Below are positions 48,771 to 62,047 of a stretch of 64,000 bases of DNA, one piece after another. Location of the stretch: assembly GCA_964016885.1 (NCBI GenBank), contig CAXHJY010000970.1, forward strand, positions 16,610 to 80,609, read 5' to 3'. Position 1 is the first letter of the stretch, and each line of letters starts with the position of its first letter. The stretch is from Eledone cirrhosa (lineage: Eukaryota). The notes beneath the pieces were generated by a model that saw only the letters and a list, made by a program, of their open reading frames with translations, was not told where the DNA came from and searched no databases. The position numbers and the translations under genes are program-made.

Positions 48771-51277
48771 GAGCCTGCAAATATGCAATATATTACATGC
48801 ATTCCTTTTGACTTCTATTATATTAAAAAAAGAAGAATGGAAATAAAGAATAAGAATGCTGGAGATTTACGTGATAAACACACTCAGCTGTAGAAAACCT
48901 GTCAAAGTTTCAAGAAAAAACTCTTCAGCTGTGTCTAAGACATGACAGCTTTGCTAGTGTTGGTATCACAGTAAAATATACTTGGTAGAATGTGGGGTTG
49001 TATGTTAGGCTCCTGGTTTACTTGGAGACCAGTGGCTCTGCTTGAGTACTGACTGGTGTGTGATGCTTGAGTACTGACTGCTGTGTGATAACACATCCAG
49101 TCATTACTAGCAGGGGAAGTGAATGTTAAATGATGACGATGATGATGATTATGATGAATATCAATTCTGTTATTTTATTGCAGTATTCTAAGTTACCGAT
49201 TATAATTACAAAAATTCTGTTATTTCTGTTATTTTTGTTGTAAAGATAAGTTATAAAGAAATCATCATTATTATTATTAATAATAATAAATAAAGTACCA
49301 GTAATGCACTGGGATAATTGCTGGCCTTGTGCCAAAAGTAGAAACAATTATTATTATTAATAATAATTAAAATTGAAGGTGTGTACTGTATATTATTAAA
49401 TTATTCTCAATAAGGATGGTGTGATCTTTTGTATAGTGAGTCTTTCTTTTGCATGTTTATTTCATTCATGTGAAGTAAATTTATTCCAAAATCACTTTGA
49501 TTTGAAAGCATCTCTTAGACAGTTATTCTTCATTAGATTCCTGTCTGAAATTTTAAATGAGTGTTTTAGATTTTATGGAGATCCTCAGGCATAACAAGTA
49601 GTTAAATATGATGTGCCATATTTAGATTTTTGAGAACTGTCATAGCAACGTTTCTGAACGATGGAATTTCTGCTCTGTTTAAATGTTTCTATCATGCCAA
49701 TATTTTATTTACTGAATAATATTATCTAGGAAAGATTTTAATAGGTTGAGTTTTAATTATCATTTTCATCAACAGCACCATCTTTCTCCCTTAAAATAAA
49801 ATAAAGCTTCAAAAGAGAGAAGATTCATAAAACTATAGTTATTAGTAGTATGCATGGGTATCCTCTTCTATACTTGATAACATGTGAAATGTCTTGGTTC
49901 TATTGCTTTTTAATTTTGCAATATAATTTTTTGCATGGTATTATCATTAATTCTGTCTAGAATTTGTAATTTTTATTGTGGTTTGAAGATTGCAGTTTAA
50001 GTTTTAATATTTTAATTTAACAATGTTTTGTGTTCTAGACATGATTATTAATGGAATGTTAATATAACCGGGTTAAGAAAATTTCATTAAAACAATTGAT
50101 TTTATCTTCAAGTAAGAGACAGAGAGAGGAGAGGTCTTTAGGTTTGGTAGAACAGTCCTTGAAGCACTTTAGAGAGATTGACACATGGAAGATTACTTCT
50201 ATGTAAATCTTCCACTCCAATCCGGTCAAAATCAATATTATATCGTGACATACTCTGTATAAAAGAAATTGTCTTGTGACAAGTGTTATGAATGAATGGG
50301 AAGGGCTGTGTTTCCATGAGCTTGTGATGACTGTCATATAAGGAAGAGCTGGCTAACAAACCTGTCTATCCAATAACAGCAACAAGGCGGTGGGTGGGGG
50401 GGTGAGAAAGAAAATATAACCATTTAAAAGGTCCTACATAGTTTGGTAGGAGATAATAAAACTGAAAGAAAATGAAATATCAATAAAAAATTTACTAGAT
50501 TGTGACACTGATCTTATAACTAGATAGAAATATATTATTGGGAATACATTTAAACCCATATCTAGTGGTGAGAGCATCCAAAAAGAAATATTTTGATACC
50601 TCATTTGTGAAATTTTTAATTTATGTAAAGCCTAATTTGTTGCATTTCACAATGCGAGCATAAGCTTTTCATGTGTTTTCTGGCCTAGCTAAATCCAAAA
50701 GTACAAGCCATAGGGACTTGAGTATCTTTGTTGTTCTTTTGATATGGACACATTTTTACTGTAATGTGGTTAGTGATGGATAGGGTATCCAGCCATAAAA
50801 AACTTGTCAAAGGGCCATGAGGATTCTTAGTTTTGTTAAAGCCATGTCGACCTCCTTAGTGCTGGTTGCACAGCATTTCTCACTCTGCAGAGTGCAGGAA
50901 CATATGTGAGATGGGTCTTGGCCCATCTGAGAGATCAGTGGCTCCAGTTAAGTATTGACTTAGGCTGTAAAGGCCTCTCAAACCCTTACTGACTAGCATC
51001 TTCTGGTGAGAAATTGGATAAATTTGGGAAGTGAAAACTAAATATTGTGATAGTCTAAAGTCTCTTTATTTAGTAGTGTAGTGATTGATATCATAACTGA
51101 GCAACACTTAATATAGTAATAACTCGTTACAGTAAAATAAAATTTCAAGGTGCTTACTGTCATCTCTGTTTGTTATTTCAAATACTAGTAGCTTTCATCT
51201 TGCAGAAGACTTAAAATTAATTTACATGTGCTACATTTCTAGTAAAAATACCTATCAATTCTCTTCTAGGAATTCTT

Positions 51278-51428
51278 TTAACTCTTAAGATCCTTTAATA
51301 ATTTAGCAGAAAATATCTAAAAACAAGTGTTAATTCAAATATTCATAGTATCTTTACTAGTGGACAGATTGTTGCAAAAATTTGCAGTATTAGATAGATT
51401 TCATGTGGTACAGGACGTTAAGAGTTAA
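51278..51428. mobile_element. MITE with TTAA target duplication (same family as 48554)
   Basis: TTAA-CTCTTAAGATCCT ... AGGACGTTAAGAG-TTAA, with internal sequence shared with the 48554 copy. Confidence 0.75.
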
Positions 51429-52089
51429 ATACATTGAGGCATACATTTGAGCAAAGACAATTTTTACTATCTTTCTAAATGCCAGAATATGAACACACTA
51501 AAAAGGAAAAGGTGTCAGTTTACCAATTTACTGCCAGAACTGTAAATATTTACGGTAGCAAAAGCTAAGACCTATATAGAAGCAATAAGTAAAATTACAA
51601 TCATATTTAGTATGAGATTCATTTATCATTCTTTTTTATTTCTATTTGTAAGGAGTTCTCTAAAAACCTAATTTTACTATTTGTTTCATATTTTAACAAT
51701 TACACATAAAATAAAATTACATTGACTTTGCCTACCCTCAATACTTTCAGTGAATCTTAAACGTCATTGTTGTTTTAACATTTGCTTTCCCTGCTAGCTA
51801 GAGGGTGGATGGGTCTACATAGACTAAGTCAGTACTGAAGCGGGGTTACTGATCTCCCAGAGAGGCTAAGGATCAGCATCTTACTTATGTTATGGTCTTG
51901 TTTTGTTTAACTATTACATTTTTTTTTTCCTTTTAGTTCATTTAACTATATATTTTCTCTTTAACCCTTTCAGCAACAAACTGTCTAGAACCACCTAGGA
52001 CTTATGGTACAAAACTGCTCATTTAAAAATGTTATTCTTATATTAAAACCTATCATAATTTTATATTAGAAATGAAAAACTTAGTTATC

Positions 52090-52255
52090 TACACAAGGCC
52101 AGCAATTACCCAGTGTATTACTGGTACTTTATTTTATCGACCTCATAAGGATGAAAGGCAAAGTTAACCTCGGCGGGATTTGAACTCAGAATGGCAAGGG
52201 CCGTAACTCTATGCGTCAAAGCATGGCATCCGGCCCTCTACCGATACTGCCAATA
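52090..52255 (-). mobile_element. Near full-length tRNA-derived SINE with Pol III A and B boxes
   Basis: The minus strand reads TGGCAGTATCGG (A box) ... GAGTTCAAATCC (B box), then CGCCGAGGTTAACTTTGCCTTTCATCC..GTCGATAAAATAAAGTACCAG. Confidence 0.85.
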
Positions 52256-53114
52256 CAATAATGCACAATAAAATTCACTTTTTACATGAGTTGCTTTCAT
52301 TATGTAGCTCTTGAATTAGAGATTTGGGGTGAGGGGTGAGGAGGTGCAGGTTGAATGTTGGCAGTTCTTAGCAATATCTTCAAAATGGGGTTTGATGTCA
52401 AAAAACTCTGTTGCTGGTTTTCTTAATATGATTAATATAATCTGTACTTAATAAAACTTATTGCTAGGAAATATATTCTTGTTCATATTTCTAATGGGAA
52501 ATTTTTGAAATTGTAATCTTTCCTTCTGTTAAATGATTTAATATATCTGACCATATGTTTAATAACGTTAAACTTTAAAGAACATTTAGGCTCCCAAATT
52601 TCAACATTCCTCAAATCAAGATCCTTCCTGCGTACACATTTGTTTTTATCTTTTAATATGACTCATCATTATCATCCTCCTTTCCTTTTCTTCTTCTTTT
52701 TACATAGTTTATCAATTGTGAGTCATTGAAACTGGCCTCCAAGGCAGATTGTACTCTAGAATGGCACTAAGTGTTATAAATGATTTAGTCCAGTTCTTTA
52801 GGCATGGAGTTTTTTTGTGTTGGCATTCAGCAGCTGTGAATTTCCTGTGTTACAGCTTCCTGATTTTATATTAATCTGGCTTGTTAATTCTCTCACTTTC
52901 CTCCTCTTATTACCATTTCAGAATTACCAATAGCACTCTAAATAACTTGGCACTCCTATTCAACTTTCATAGATATTTTTGCCACCAGTTTTTTTCCTTC
53001 ACCTTCCTTACATTATTCAGTAAAGCCCAACCACCCACCTTTCTTTTAAATTAATTTTGTATTTTTGAAAAGAAAAAAAAAAAAAGAAGAATGTAGTACA
53101 CTGTTATTAATATA

Positions 53115-53470
53115 TTCTTTTACTGGCTTCAGTCATTAAACTGCAGCCATGTCAGGGTACTGTTGTGAAGAGATTTAGTTGAATATATCAACTCTAGAAC
53201 TTTTTTTATTTTTTTTTTTAGTATGGTACATATTAAACTTATTTCTTTTTGTTGAACTGCTAAGTTACAGAACAAACAGTAAATGTAAGCACATGCATAA
53301 ACACATACACACACATAATGGGCTTCCACACAGTTTCTGTGTACAAAATTTCCCTTAAAAAGCACTAATTAACCCGATGCTGTAGTGTAAGATACTTGCC
53401 CAAGGTATCACATAGTTGGACTGAACTCAAAAAAAACCATGTAGTTTCAAAGCAAACCACACGGCCATGT
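53115..53470 (-). mobile_element. Full-length tRNA-derived SINE with CR1-like 3' tail
   Basis: The head is at 53390-53470. The tail (reverse complement CATGGCTGCAG..TGACTGAAGCCAGTAAAAGAA) resembles the LINE tail at 2566-2623. Confidence 0.7.
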
Positions 53471-53954
53471 TTGCACCTACATGTATTTGATATTTTTTCC
53501 TTCTTATATTTATGTTGTTTATACGTTTCGTAAAATTGCGTTTATGTAAGCACGAGGAAATACGTTTTGGTATTTTTGTTAATAATTTAGATTAAGTATA
53601 AGAGGAAGTTTGAGGTAATCACAACAGCAGCTAAGTAATCTTACTGATTTGCCATACAAGTCCATCAGTCTTGTTGGAATTTTATAAAGTCTCTTGTATT
53701 TGTGTTGGTAGGTCAGTAATTGCTCAGATGCATCATCATCATCATCGTCATCATCATCATCATTTTACGTCCCCTTTTCCCTGCTTGCAAGGGTGGGACG
53801 GGAACATACACACAAATTGTTAGCTTCACTGCAATTTAACTTTTATTTTTAAAATGTTTTTTTTCTGTGTAATGTTTTTGTAAGTGGTAAAACTGCTATA
53901 AATAGATTAATCTGTATATATTTTGTTACTGTTATATTTTCAATTCTAGTCTTT

Positions 53955-54200
53955 GTGAAGGTGTGTGTCTTAGTGATTAGGGTGTTGGATTGCCGATTGT
54001 AATGTTGTGAGTTTGATTCTTGAACTGGGATGGCATGTTGTGTTCTTGAGCAAAACACTTCATTTCACATTGTTCCTCTATACTCAGCTGAAAATGAGTA
54101 TCAGCAGCTGAGATTTAACCTTGTGATGAACTGGCAACCTATCCAGGGTAAAGTCTTGTACTCCCAGTTGGTTAACACCAATAAAACTGGGATAAGCATT
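53955..54200 (+). mobile_element. tRNA-derived SINE (third family)
   Basis: GAAGGTGTGTG..GAGTTTGATTC..GTTCTTGAGCAAAACACTTCATTTCA. Related to 54865-55130 (+) and 56240-56530 (-). Confidence 0.65.
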
Positions 54201-54799
54201 GACTTGAGACAGACTTTAACTTTCTCTTTCTGATGTTTGGTAGCATTCAACTATTGTGTTCCGATATCATGATATTCTAGTTTCAAAGCTATCTATCTCT
54301 TGGTTGATTAAAATAATAGTAATTAAACTCACTATATGTGGCTTCTATTGTCATAAAGACATTCATTAACATTTCAGATTTAATATCTTAAGTTTTCTTT
54401 TAATTGGAAAAAAATATATTGAAATTTTAAGAGTTTATTAATTTTTTTATTATTTTCTGTTTGGAAATGTGTCACATTTTACTTTGTATTTATCAAAGTT
54501 GATGTTAAATTTCTGCAATAACATCAAATATCTATATCGTTTTATATAATATATTCTTTGAAATGCATGCTTCTCTCTTTAAAATATTTAAATGAAATTC
54601 CTTATCAGAAATTACAAGTGCTACTCAATAATCTGAACAAATTGTTCACACACGCACACTATTCAGTAATACTAACATTTTAGCAAGCAAACAATGGATA
54701 AATTTGATAAAGATACTGTCATCTGAAAAGGTATTTGATTTAATTAAGTATGAGCTAGCACATTGGATTATTATTATAAGCCTATTAATTATAATTGAA

Positions 54800-54851
<52 letters not shown>

Positions 54852-57791
54852 GGTGTGTGTGTGTGAAGGTGTTTGGCTCACAATTGCAAGAACATGAGTT
54901 TGATTCCTAGACCAGGTTGTGTGTTTGGTTCTTGAACAAGATACTTATTTCAGGTTGTTCCAGTCTCTGTTGGCAAAAATGAGTTGTAATTCAAAAAGGC
55001 CAGCCTTGGTGACTCTCCATAAGAACTACGCTAAGGGTGAATCTCCATAAAAACTACACTAAGGGTGCATGTGTCTGTGGAATGCTCAGCCACTTACATG
55101 TTAATTTTATGAGCAGGCTGTTCCATTGACTGAACTATATTTTTGTGGTAAAGGCTTTTCCTCCAATAATTATTTTACATGATATCGGATCTGTGAGATT
55201 TTGATATTATTTATTTTGAGAACAATACCTTAACACCAGTATGAGTGGCTGGTTTAAAAGCTAAAGGGTTAAAGAGCTAAGACATCTTTGTATTTTGATA
55301 TTTTTCCCCACTTCTTTTCAACCAATATATTTTGGGACAGGGTGTAGTGGGGTGTACCCTGGTATGGTTTCTATGTTTTTGTTCATCTTTTTTCTTAGCA
55401 TCTTTAATGCCTTAATTATTATTGTCAGTTTTACCTTTGTATTTTGATATTTTCCCCCACTTCTTTTCAGCCAATATTTTGATCAGAAAGGATTGTAATG
55501 TCTGTCAGTGTGCAAGTGGTTTGTTTTTCTTGTCTTTGATTATTATATCTGAACAGTTTGCCTTGATTCCAGTTTGGTTGGACATATCCCAGATGATTGT
55601 GGCCAGGTTGTTGTCACATATTCTGTTTGGTAGATGACTATACCACTTCTTGTCCGTTTTTACATCAGAATGTTACCCAATTAATATAGTTGTCAATTCT
55701 ATCATGTCTGTATATATTCAGACTTTTCAAGGACTTGGCATCTGAAGATGATTTGGTCAACTGTCTCATTATGCTAATTGCATAGTCAACATTTAGTGTG
55801 AGGATCCATTTTCATTTTAGCTGTATTGGTTGAGTGTCGGACAACATGCTATGCAGCATGTAGTTATGTCCCTTTATGTTCTGAGTTCAAATCCTGCCAT
55901 GGTTAACTTTCCCTTTCATCCTTACAGGCTTGATAAAATAAAGAGTCAATAACATACTGGTGTCGATTTAATTGACTTTTCCCTTCCCTTCGAATTGCAG
56001 GCCTTGTGTGAAATGTAGAAGCAATTATTTTCTGATAATTGTTTATGGTCAGACATTCGTCTTGTGCATTGGGAATCAGCCCTTCTGTTTCTACTTTTAG
56101 TTCAAAGATTTTAAAGCTATTGTTTACTTTCATTTCGATTTACTTCTTTATTGAGTCGATTTACTTCTTTATCAGTCCCTCTCTATTTTCTTTTAAGTGT
56201 TGTTAGTTTACAATAGTTTTCTATCTTGTGTGTCAGTTGGGTATGACCATGAGTTTTGCATCTAGAAAGATCCCCTCTCTGACAAAAACCCGGGCAAAGT
56301 GTTTTTATGGAGGACTAGCAGTCTCCCCTCCATGCCACTGATGCTTTCTAAGGGAGCAGCAAAGGCTGCTACAGCTTGACACTAAATGATGTCACAACTC
56401 ATTTCTGCAGTTGAGTGATCTGGAGCAATATGAAAATAAAATGTCTTGCTCAAATGAATAACACATTGCCTGGTCTGGGAATTGAACTCACAATGTCACA
56501 ATTGTGCAACCAACTCTCTAACCACTGAATCACGGGTTAGGTATGTTCTGTCTATCTCTGTTTTGGGGTGAATGCTTTAGTTTCCTCTAATTATATATTT
56601 AATATATTTTAACCCACTTAGTTTCCAGTTTATTACATTGAAGCTCTTTAATTTCGAACCAGTAAAGCCAGCATATTTATACATAAGGTCTTATTTCTAG
56701 CTTTGAGTTCAGTTTTTAATATTACTCTAACTTTTCTGTAACATTCTTTCCTAATTTTCTCTTTCATTTCCTTGCATTGTATTTTAGCAGTCTATTGCTA
56801 TGTATTTATATGGGTGATTGCGATCTGATTCTCTAACTTCCGTGTCTATATCTAGTATAATATTCTCAATGCTGGTTAATTCGCCTATTTGTCTAATCCC
56901 ATATTCATCTTGGTTTCTTGGCTGAATTGATGAGCAATGTTTAGGAGGTGTAAAGGTGGCGAATTGGCAGAGCCGTTAGAATGTCGGATAGAATGCTTTA
57001 CGATATTCCTTCTGGTTCTCTGCTCTCTGACTTCAAATCCTCCTGAGGTCAACTTTGCCTTTCATCTATTCAAGGTCGATTTTAAAAAAAAAAAAAAAAA
57101 AAAAAAAAGAAAAAGTACCAGTTTAGTATTGGGATCGAGTCTTTCACCATATCTCTTTCTCACTGGAAGAAATCTACTGTATTCATACCTGAAGAGTCAA
57201 TGGGCTCCACCAGGCTTTAAAAACATGCCTTAGAAATGCTGTACAAGTCTTTCAGGAGTTACGGAACCCTGCATGCATACATTCCTTGTAAAGATTTTAA
57301 AGCCATCCATATAAAGATTATTTTTAGTTTGTTCATAGCATTTATAGACCATGGTGGTTTAATCCAGCAGGTTTGTTAGTTGGGTCAGAACAAACCAAAA
57401 ATATGTTTGGTAGTTGTGGTGATAAGTTCCCTTGGAAAATTCTTATTATGGATATAGGGCTGGTTTTAACAACAATTATTATTATTCTAGTACTAGAATT
57501 TTATATATATATGTCCGTGGAAAAGCAGACCGAAAAATGACAATGATGATATTTATATACATACATACACCATTTATGTTGTGTGGTTTACCAATGGGTA
57601 GAACTGGTCATTCTGGTAAGTAAACATGATGTAATAAATTACAGCACTCAACATTTGGCAAATCATCTATTGTGGATGTGATATCTCGTGGCTGGTGCAG
57701 CAATGGAGTTAAATACTCATTTAAAAACAACAGAAAGCCTGACTGGAAATATTCTTTTAAGTTTTAATGTTGCAAAAACACTATACATATT

Positions 57792-57973
57792 TCAATGGCC
57801 TAGCTACATCATCTGATCATGATGCAAGAATTAGGTGATTTCATCAAATCTATTCTCTATTCTGTGTTTGTGTTTGCCATATTCCTGTTATCAATTAATT
57901 AATTTTGCAATCCACACCTGATGAAATCACCCAAGTCTTGCACCATGATCGGATGATGTAACTAGGCCATTGA
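57792..57973. repeat. Inverted repeat with 55-bp arms and a 72-bp spacer
   Basis: 57792-57846 is the reverse complement of 57919-57973 with 5 differences. Confidence 0.9.
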
Positions 57974-58029
57974 GATACAGATGTTTTTGCAGCATTATTT
58001 CTAGTCCAGCCTTCTATTGTGTGTGTGTG

Positions 58030-58071
<42 letters not shown>

Positions 58072-58172
58072 ATTAAGGATGGCTTTCCGAAGGGGTTTGG
58101 AAGGAAACCACAGTTAAATAAGGTATTCAATACTTTAGTAGAGAAGAAGCATATATATTTAATACAGAAGTG

Positions 58173-58256
58173 ACTTCTTACAGGACTAGAACAGTTTCAT
58201 TCATATGAAATTCTGAGGGTTTCATATGAATGAAACAGTTCTAGTCCTGTAGAAGT
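58173..58256. repeat. Near-perfect hairpin (32-bp arms, 9-nt loop) containing a degenerate hammerhead
   Basis: 58179-58210 pairs with 58220-58251 with one mismatch. The loop and right arm read CTGAGGG-TTTCATATGAAT-GAAACAGTT-CTAGTCC. Confidence 0.85.
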
Positions 58257-60432
58257 AATTTCCATATAATATATAAATAAACAGAAAAGGCAGTTACATA
58301 AGATGAACAGAGAGCTTACTGGTGTGCAATTTTACACACATACACCTTCATGCACACACATTTTAGGCATTATTTGAACTGGGTTTCGTCATGAGTGAAT
58401 ACTCCTGATCAACAACATTTTAGTGTAGAATCTTCTCACAAGAACCTTGTTAGTGAAAATGTGGTGTCTGAGAAACAATTAGGCACGTTGCCAAATATTG
58501 CTTTTGTTACTACTGCTACTGCTGCTGTCATCTTGTTGCTTTGTTCTATCCTGCACTTAGCTCTGAATGTCTGCTTGGTTTCAGCAAGTAGTGCCTGCAA
58601 CTATGGTTGTACTAAAAGTGTTGCAGCAACTGAATTAATTCTGCAGATCAATCCTAACCTCATTGTTAATATTCAATTCACTTGCAATATTTCCTGCTTT
58701 TTTTTTTATTAGAAAAAGAAAAGCTAGCTTTAACTATTCACATTTTTTCCTCAATACCTTATGCATGTTTTAACGATGTTTGTATGTTGTATCTAAAAGG
58801 TTAGATAGACCATTATTTCTACTAGTTCTTCACATCAACTATTTGTACTAGTTCTACACAACTATGTGCAAGTATGAAAAAAAATTTCATTCTTAAAATT
58901 ATTTTTTCCAATGGATTTTGCTGCTTCAATTCTTTCTCTCTAATGCCAATAATTTCATTTATTTCTTGCTTTACTACTACTTCAAGTAATAAGAGAAACA
59001 CAAATGGTTCTTTCTATATTTTTGGTTGAATGAGCAAATCTGAAAATTTCATGTACTACAATTCTAGATAGCATTATTTGTTTGAAATATTTCCCCAGTA
59101 CATTAAGATTAAATATAATCTGAAAATTGGTGTTATGATGCACTAAATTGGTGTTAGGATGCACAAATGCACTAAAAAATATTATTTGGTTATTAAAAAT
59201 AGCTTTTACTCCAAATTATAATTCTGCATGAGAAAACAATGACACAATATGCATGTTTTCTAACATGAAGTTGAACTTTATTTCTTCTGCTATTCATTGG
59301 TAAAGTGCCATCTTTATTTGAAAATAAATACATGTAGAAGTATACAGAATTAAGATAATTGTCAGTTATTATTTTCATAGTAAATATTCAATTGTTGATA
59401 AATTTGAAGAAAATTTTAAATTAAATACTTAACCAGAACTTGAAGTTATTCTTATTATTTTTAAAAATAAAATCTTTGTACTTGGAGTCAAAGAAGTTAG
59501 TAATAATGATATGGGTTTGATATTGTTTTCATGAAATAGTAGTCTGATTTAGCAAAATTAATTTGATTGAGTGAAAAAAAAAATAGAAGGTACCTGCAAG
59601 CTAGCTTAGATGAAAGGTAAACTGAAATGAAAACTAGCAGACACTTAGCTGAGGAAGAAATCAATAACAAGCTAATGTGAATCCCATCTTTAGCAGCAGG
59701 CAACTGTTGTTTGGCATAGATTGAAAAGTGGGTCAGCCTAACAGCCTTGACCTTCTCACAGGGAAAAGGCTACAGAAAAAAGGGAGAAGGTTGCTTTCTT
59801 TTAAATGCTGTACTCTTCTCCCTCCTATATTTTTATTTTTTTATCTCTTTCTATATTTAAAAAAAATATTTATTAAACTGTCTATTCAACTTCCCTCTCC
59901 CATTTTCCATATCGAAGTCAGTGGGAAGCTGACTATGTTCGTTTATTTATTCACTTTGTGTTCTTTTTATGAAGATAATATTTGTTGATATCAATTTCTT
60001 GTTTACATTGCTTTGCTAGTTATTTCAGTTCCTCCTCATTGTGACTGTTTACATATACTTAACATTGAAGTCTTGATTATACATCATTTTGATATGAAAC
60101 GTTTCTCTTGTCTTTCTTCATTAAAAGTGTGTTTTAGTTTTGTCTTTAAATATATGTAAAATTGTTAATTGCTATTAGCCACTAGCTGTTTTGCTTGGCA
60201 AGCTCAAGTTAGTCTTCACTAGCATTATGTGTTGTGTGACACTATTCAGAGACTTGTCTGGTTATCGAATAATAGCAAGTTGTCTTGGAGTTTTTTTTTT
60301 TTTTTTTTTTTTTTTTTCCATTTCTGCTTGCCCCTACTTATTGCTGCTAGGTTTCCTGTCTTTGAGTGGTGTTTCCACTGTTGTTGGAATTACTTCCTGA
60401 CCTTTGCCTCCTAACCTATCCTCTAAACTTTC

Positions 60433-60478
<46 letters not shown>

Positions 60479-60936
60479 TTACTGAAAAATACTTGAACTG
60501 TCAGATGGTATTTGGACTTCTTGGTTAAACTCATCTTTATGTAGTGTTCTTTGACATTTACCAAATGTTGGTATAGAATAATTATATTTATTTTTCAGTC
60601 TAATTTAACTTTTCCATTGTGTGTGTGTGTGGGGGGGGGGGGGGGCTTTCGTAGCATCATATTTGTGAAAGCCAAAAAAAAAAAAAATAATAATAATATA
60701 AAGATATAAAAGCAAACAAGCCCCCCCCCCCAAAAAAAACCCTCTCCCAAAACCTCAAGTTGTCATGTTCAGTTTGTCATTTTCTTCTATTTTAGAAAGG
60801 TGTGCTATTGACAGGTGGATTTCTTCTTTCAAACTTAATAAATTGAGAAAATGCCAAAGCACTGTGGCTATAAGAAACTAATGACTATGGCTATCTTATA
60901 GGGGATCTTATTTTAGAGCATTATTTTAACGCCCCC

Positions 60937-61035
60937 CGCCGAGGTTGACTTTGCCTTTCATCCTTACGGGGTCGATAAAATAAAGTACCAGTAATGCACT
61001 GGGTAATTGCTGGCCTTGTGCCTAAAGTAAAAACA
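60937..61035 (+). mobile_element. Young SINE with 17-bp TSD
   Basis: ATTATTTTAACGCCCCC flanks the SINE core at 60920-60936 and 61036-61052. Confidence 0.85.
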
Positions 61036-61299
61036 ATTATTTTAACGCCCCCATCCCATACTAATTGCCAGGTCAATTAATTTTTCACCAACCCCATAAA
61101 AGTGACTTCCTATCTGGCAGGTTTTCTACGGCTGGATGCCCTTCCTAACACCAACCACATTTACAGTGTGGAACTTGGAACTTTTTACCGTGTTACCTAC
61201 ACGGCCACATTACAGCGTGGACTGTGTGTTTTTTTTTTTGTTCACGATCTCAATCTCATTTGTACTTAGGCAAGGCGGGTCTTCTGTATTACTGCGTAG

Positions 61300-61890
61300 C
61301 GCCAAAGATCTCGGTCCAGAGACATTGTCTTAGAGAGATGTGTGTGAGGTCGGAATTTATCAGATCACCCCAGGTTTTTCTAGGTCTACCTACTCCGTAA
61401 CTGCCATCAATTTTGATCGCCCTGCAGCTGTCGTCTTTCATGCACATCACGTGACCATGCCAACGTATTCTTCTCTCAAGTAAACAGCATCTGATCCTCT
61501 TATTCCTAATTTCTCACTTAGTTCATTTATGCTTTGCCGTTCACGTATATTACTATTACACATCCAACGGAGCATGCATGCTTCGTTCCTTTTCAGTCTA
61601 TCTACGCAGGTCCTCTGCACGTAATGCCCATGTCTCACTGCCATGTAGCATTGCTGTTCGTATACAGGTATCATACAATCTGCCTTTCATTTTTAGAGAG
61701 AAACCTTTTGTGGCCAACAGCGGTATAAGCTCTCTGAACTTTTTCCATCCCGTTCTGACTCTAGCTACTGTACTTTAAGAACACCCTCCACCACTGCTGA
61801 TTTCGTTACCCAGGTAACGGAAGATGTCTACTATTTCTATAGAACCATCTGGGCAATAGAAAGAGCTAGTATTCTGTAGGCACTTGCTGC
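61300..61890 (-). mobile_element. Degenerate RTE LINE 3' fragment
   Basis: The minus strand has IEIVDIFRYLG, RTGWKKFRELIPLL, RLKRNEACMLRWMC..RERQSINELSEKLGIR, with frameshifts. Confidence 0.85.
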
Positions 61891-61912
61891 TAATATATAT
61901 ATATATATATAT

Positions 61913-61945
<33 letters not shown>

Positions 61946-61986
61946 AATATATATATATACATATATATATTATATATATATATAAT

Positions 61987-62031
<45 letters not shown>

Positions 62032-62047
62032 TATATATATATAATAT

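Noticed and set aside
57918-57935. CTGATGA in the inverted-repeat arm as a hammerhead
   Set aside because: There is no stem II followed by GAAA and a cleavage triplet at suitable spacing.
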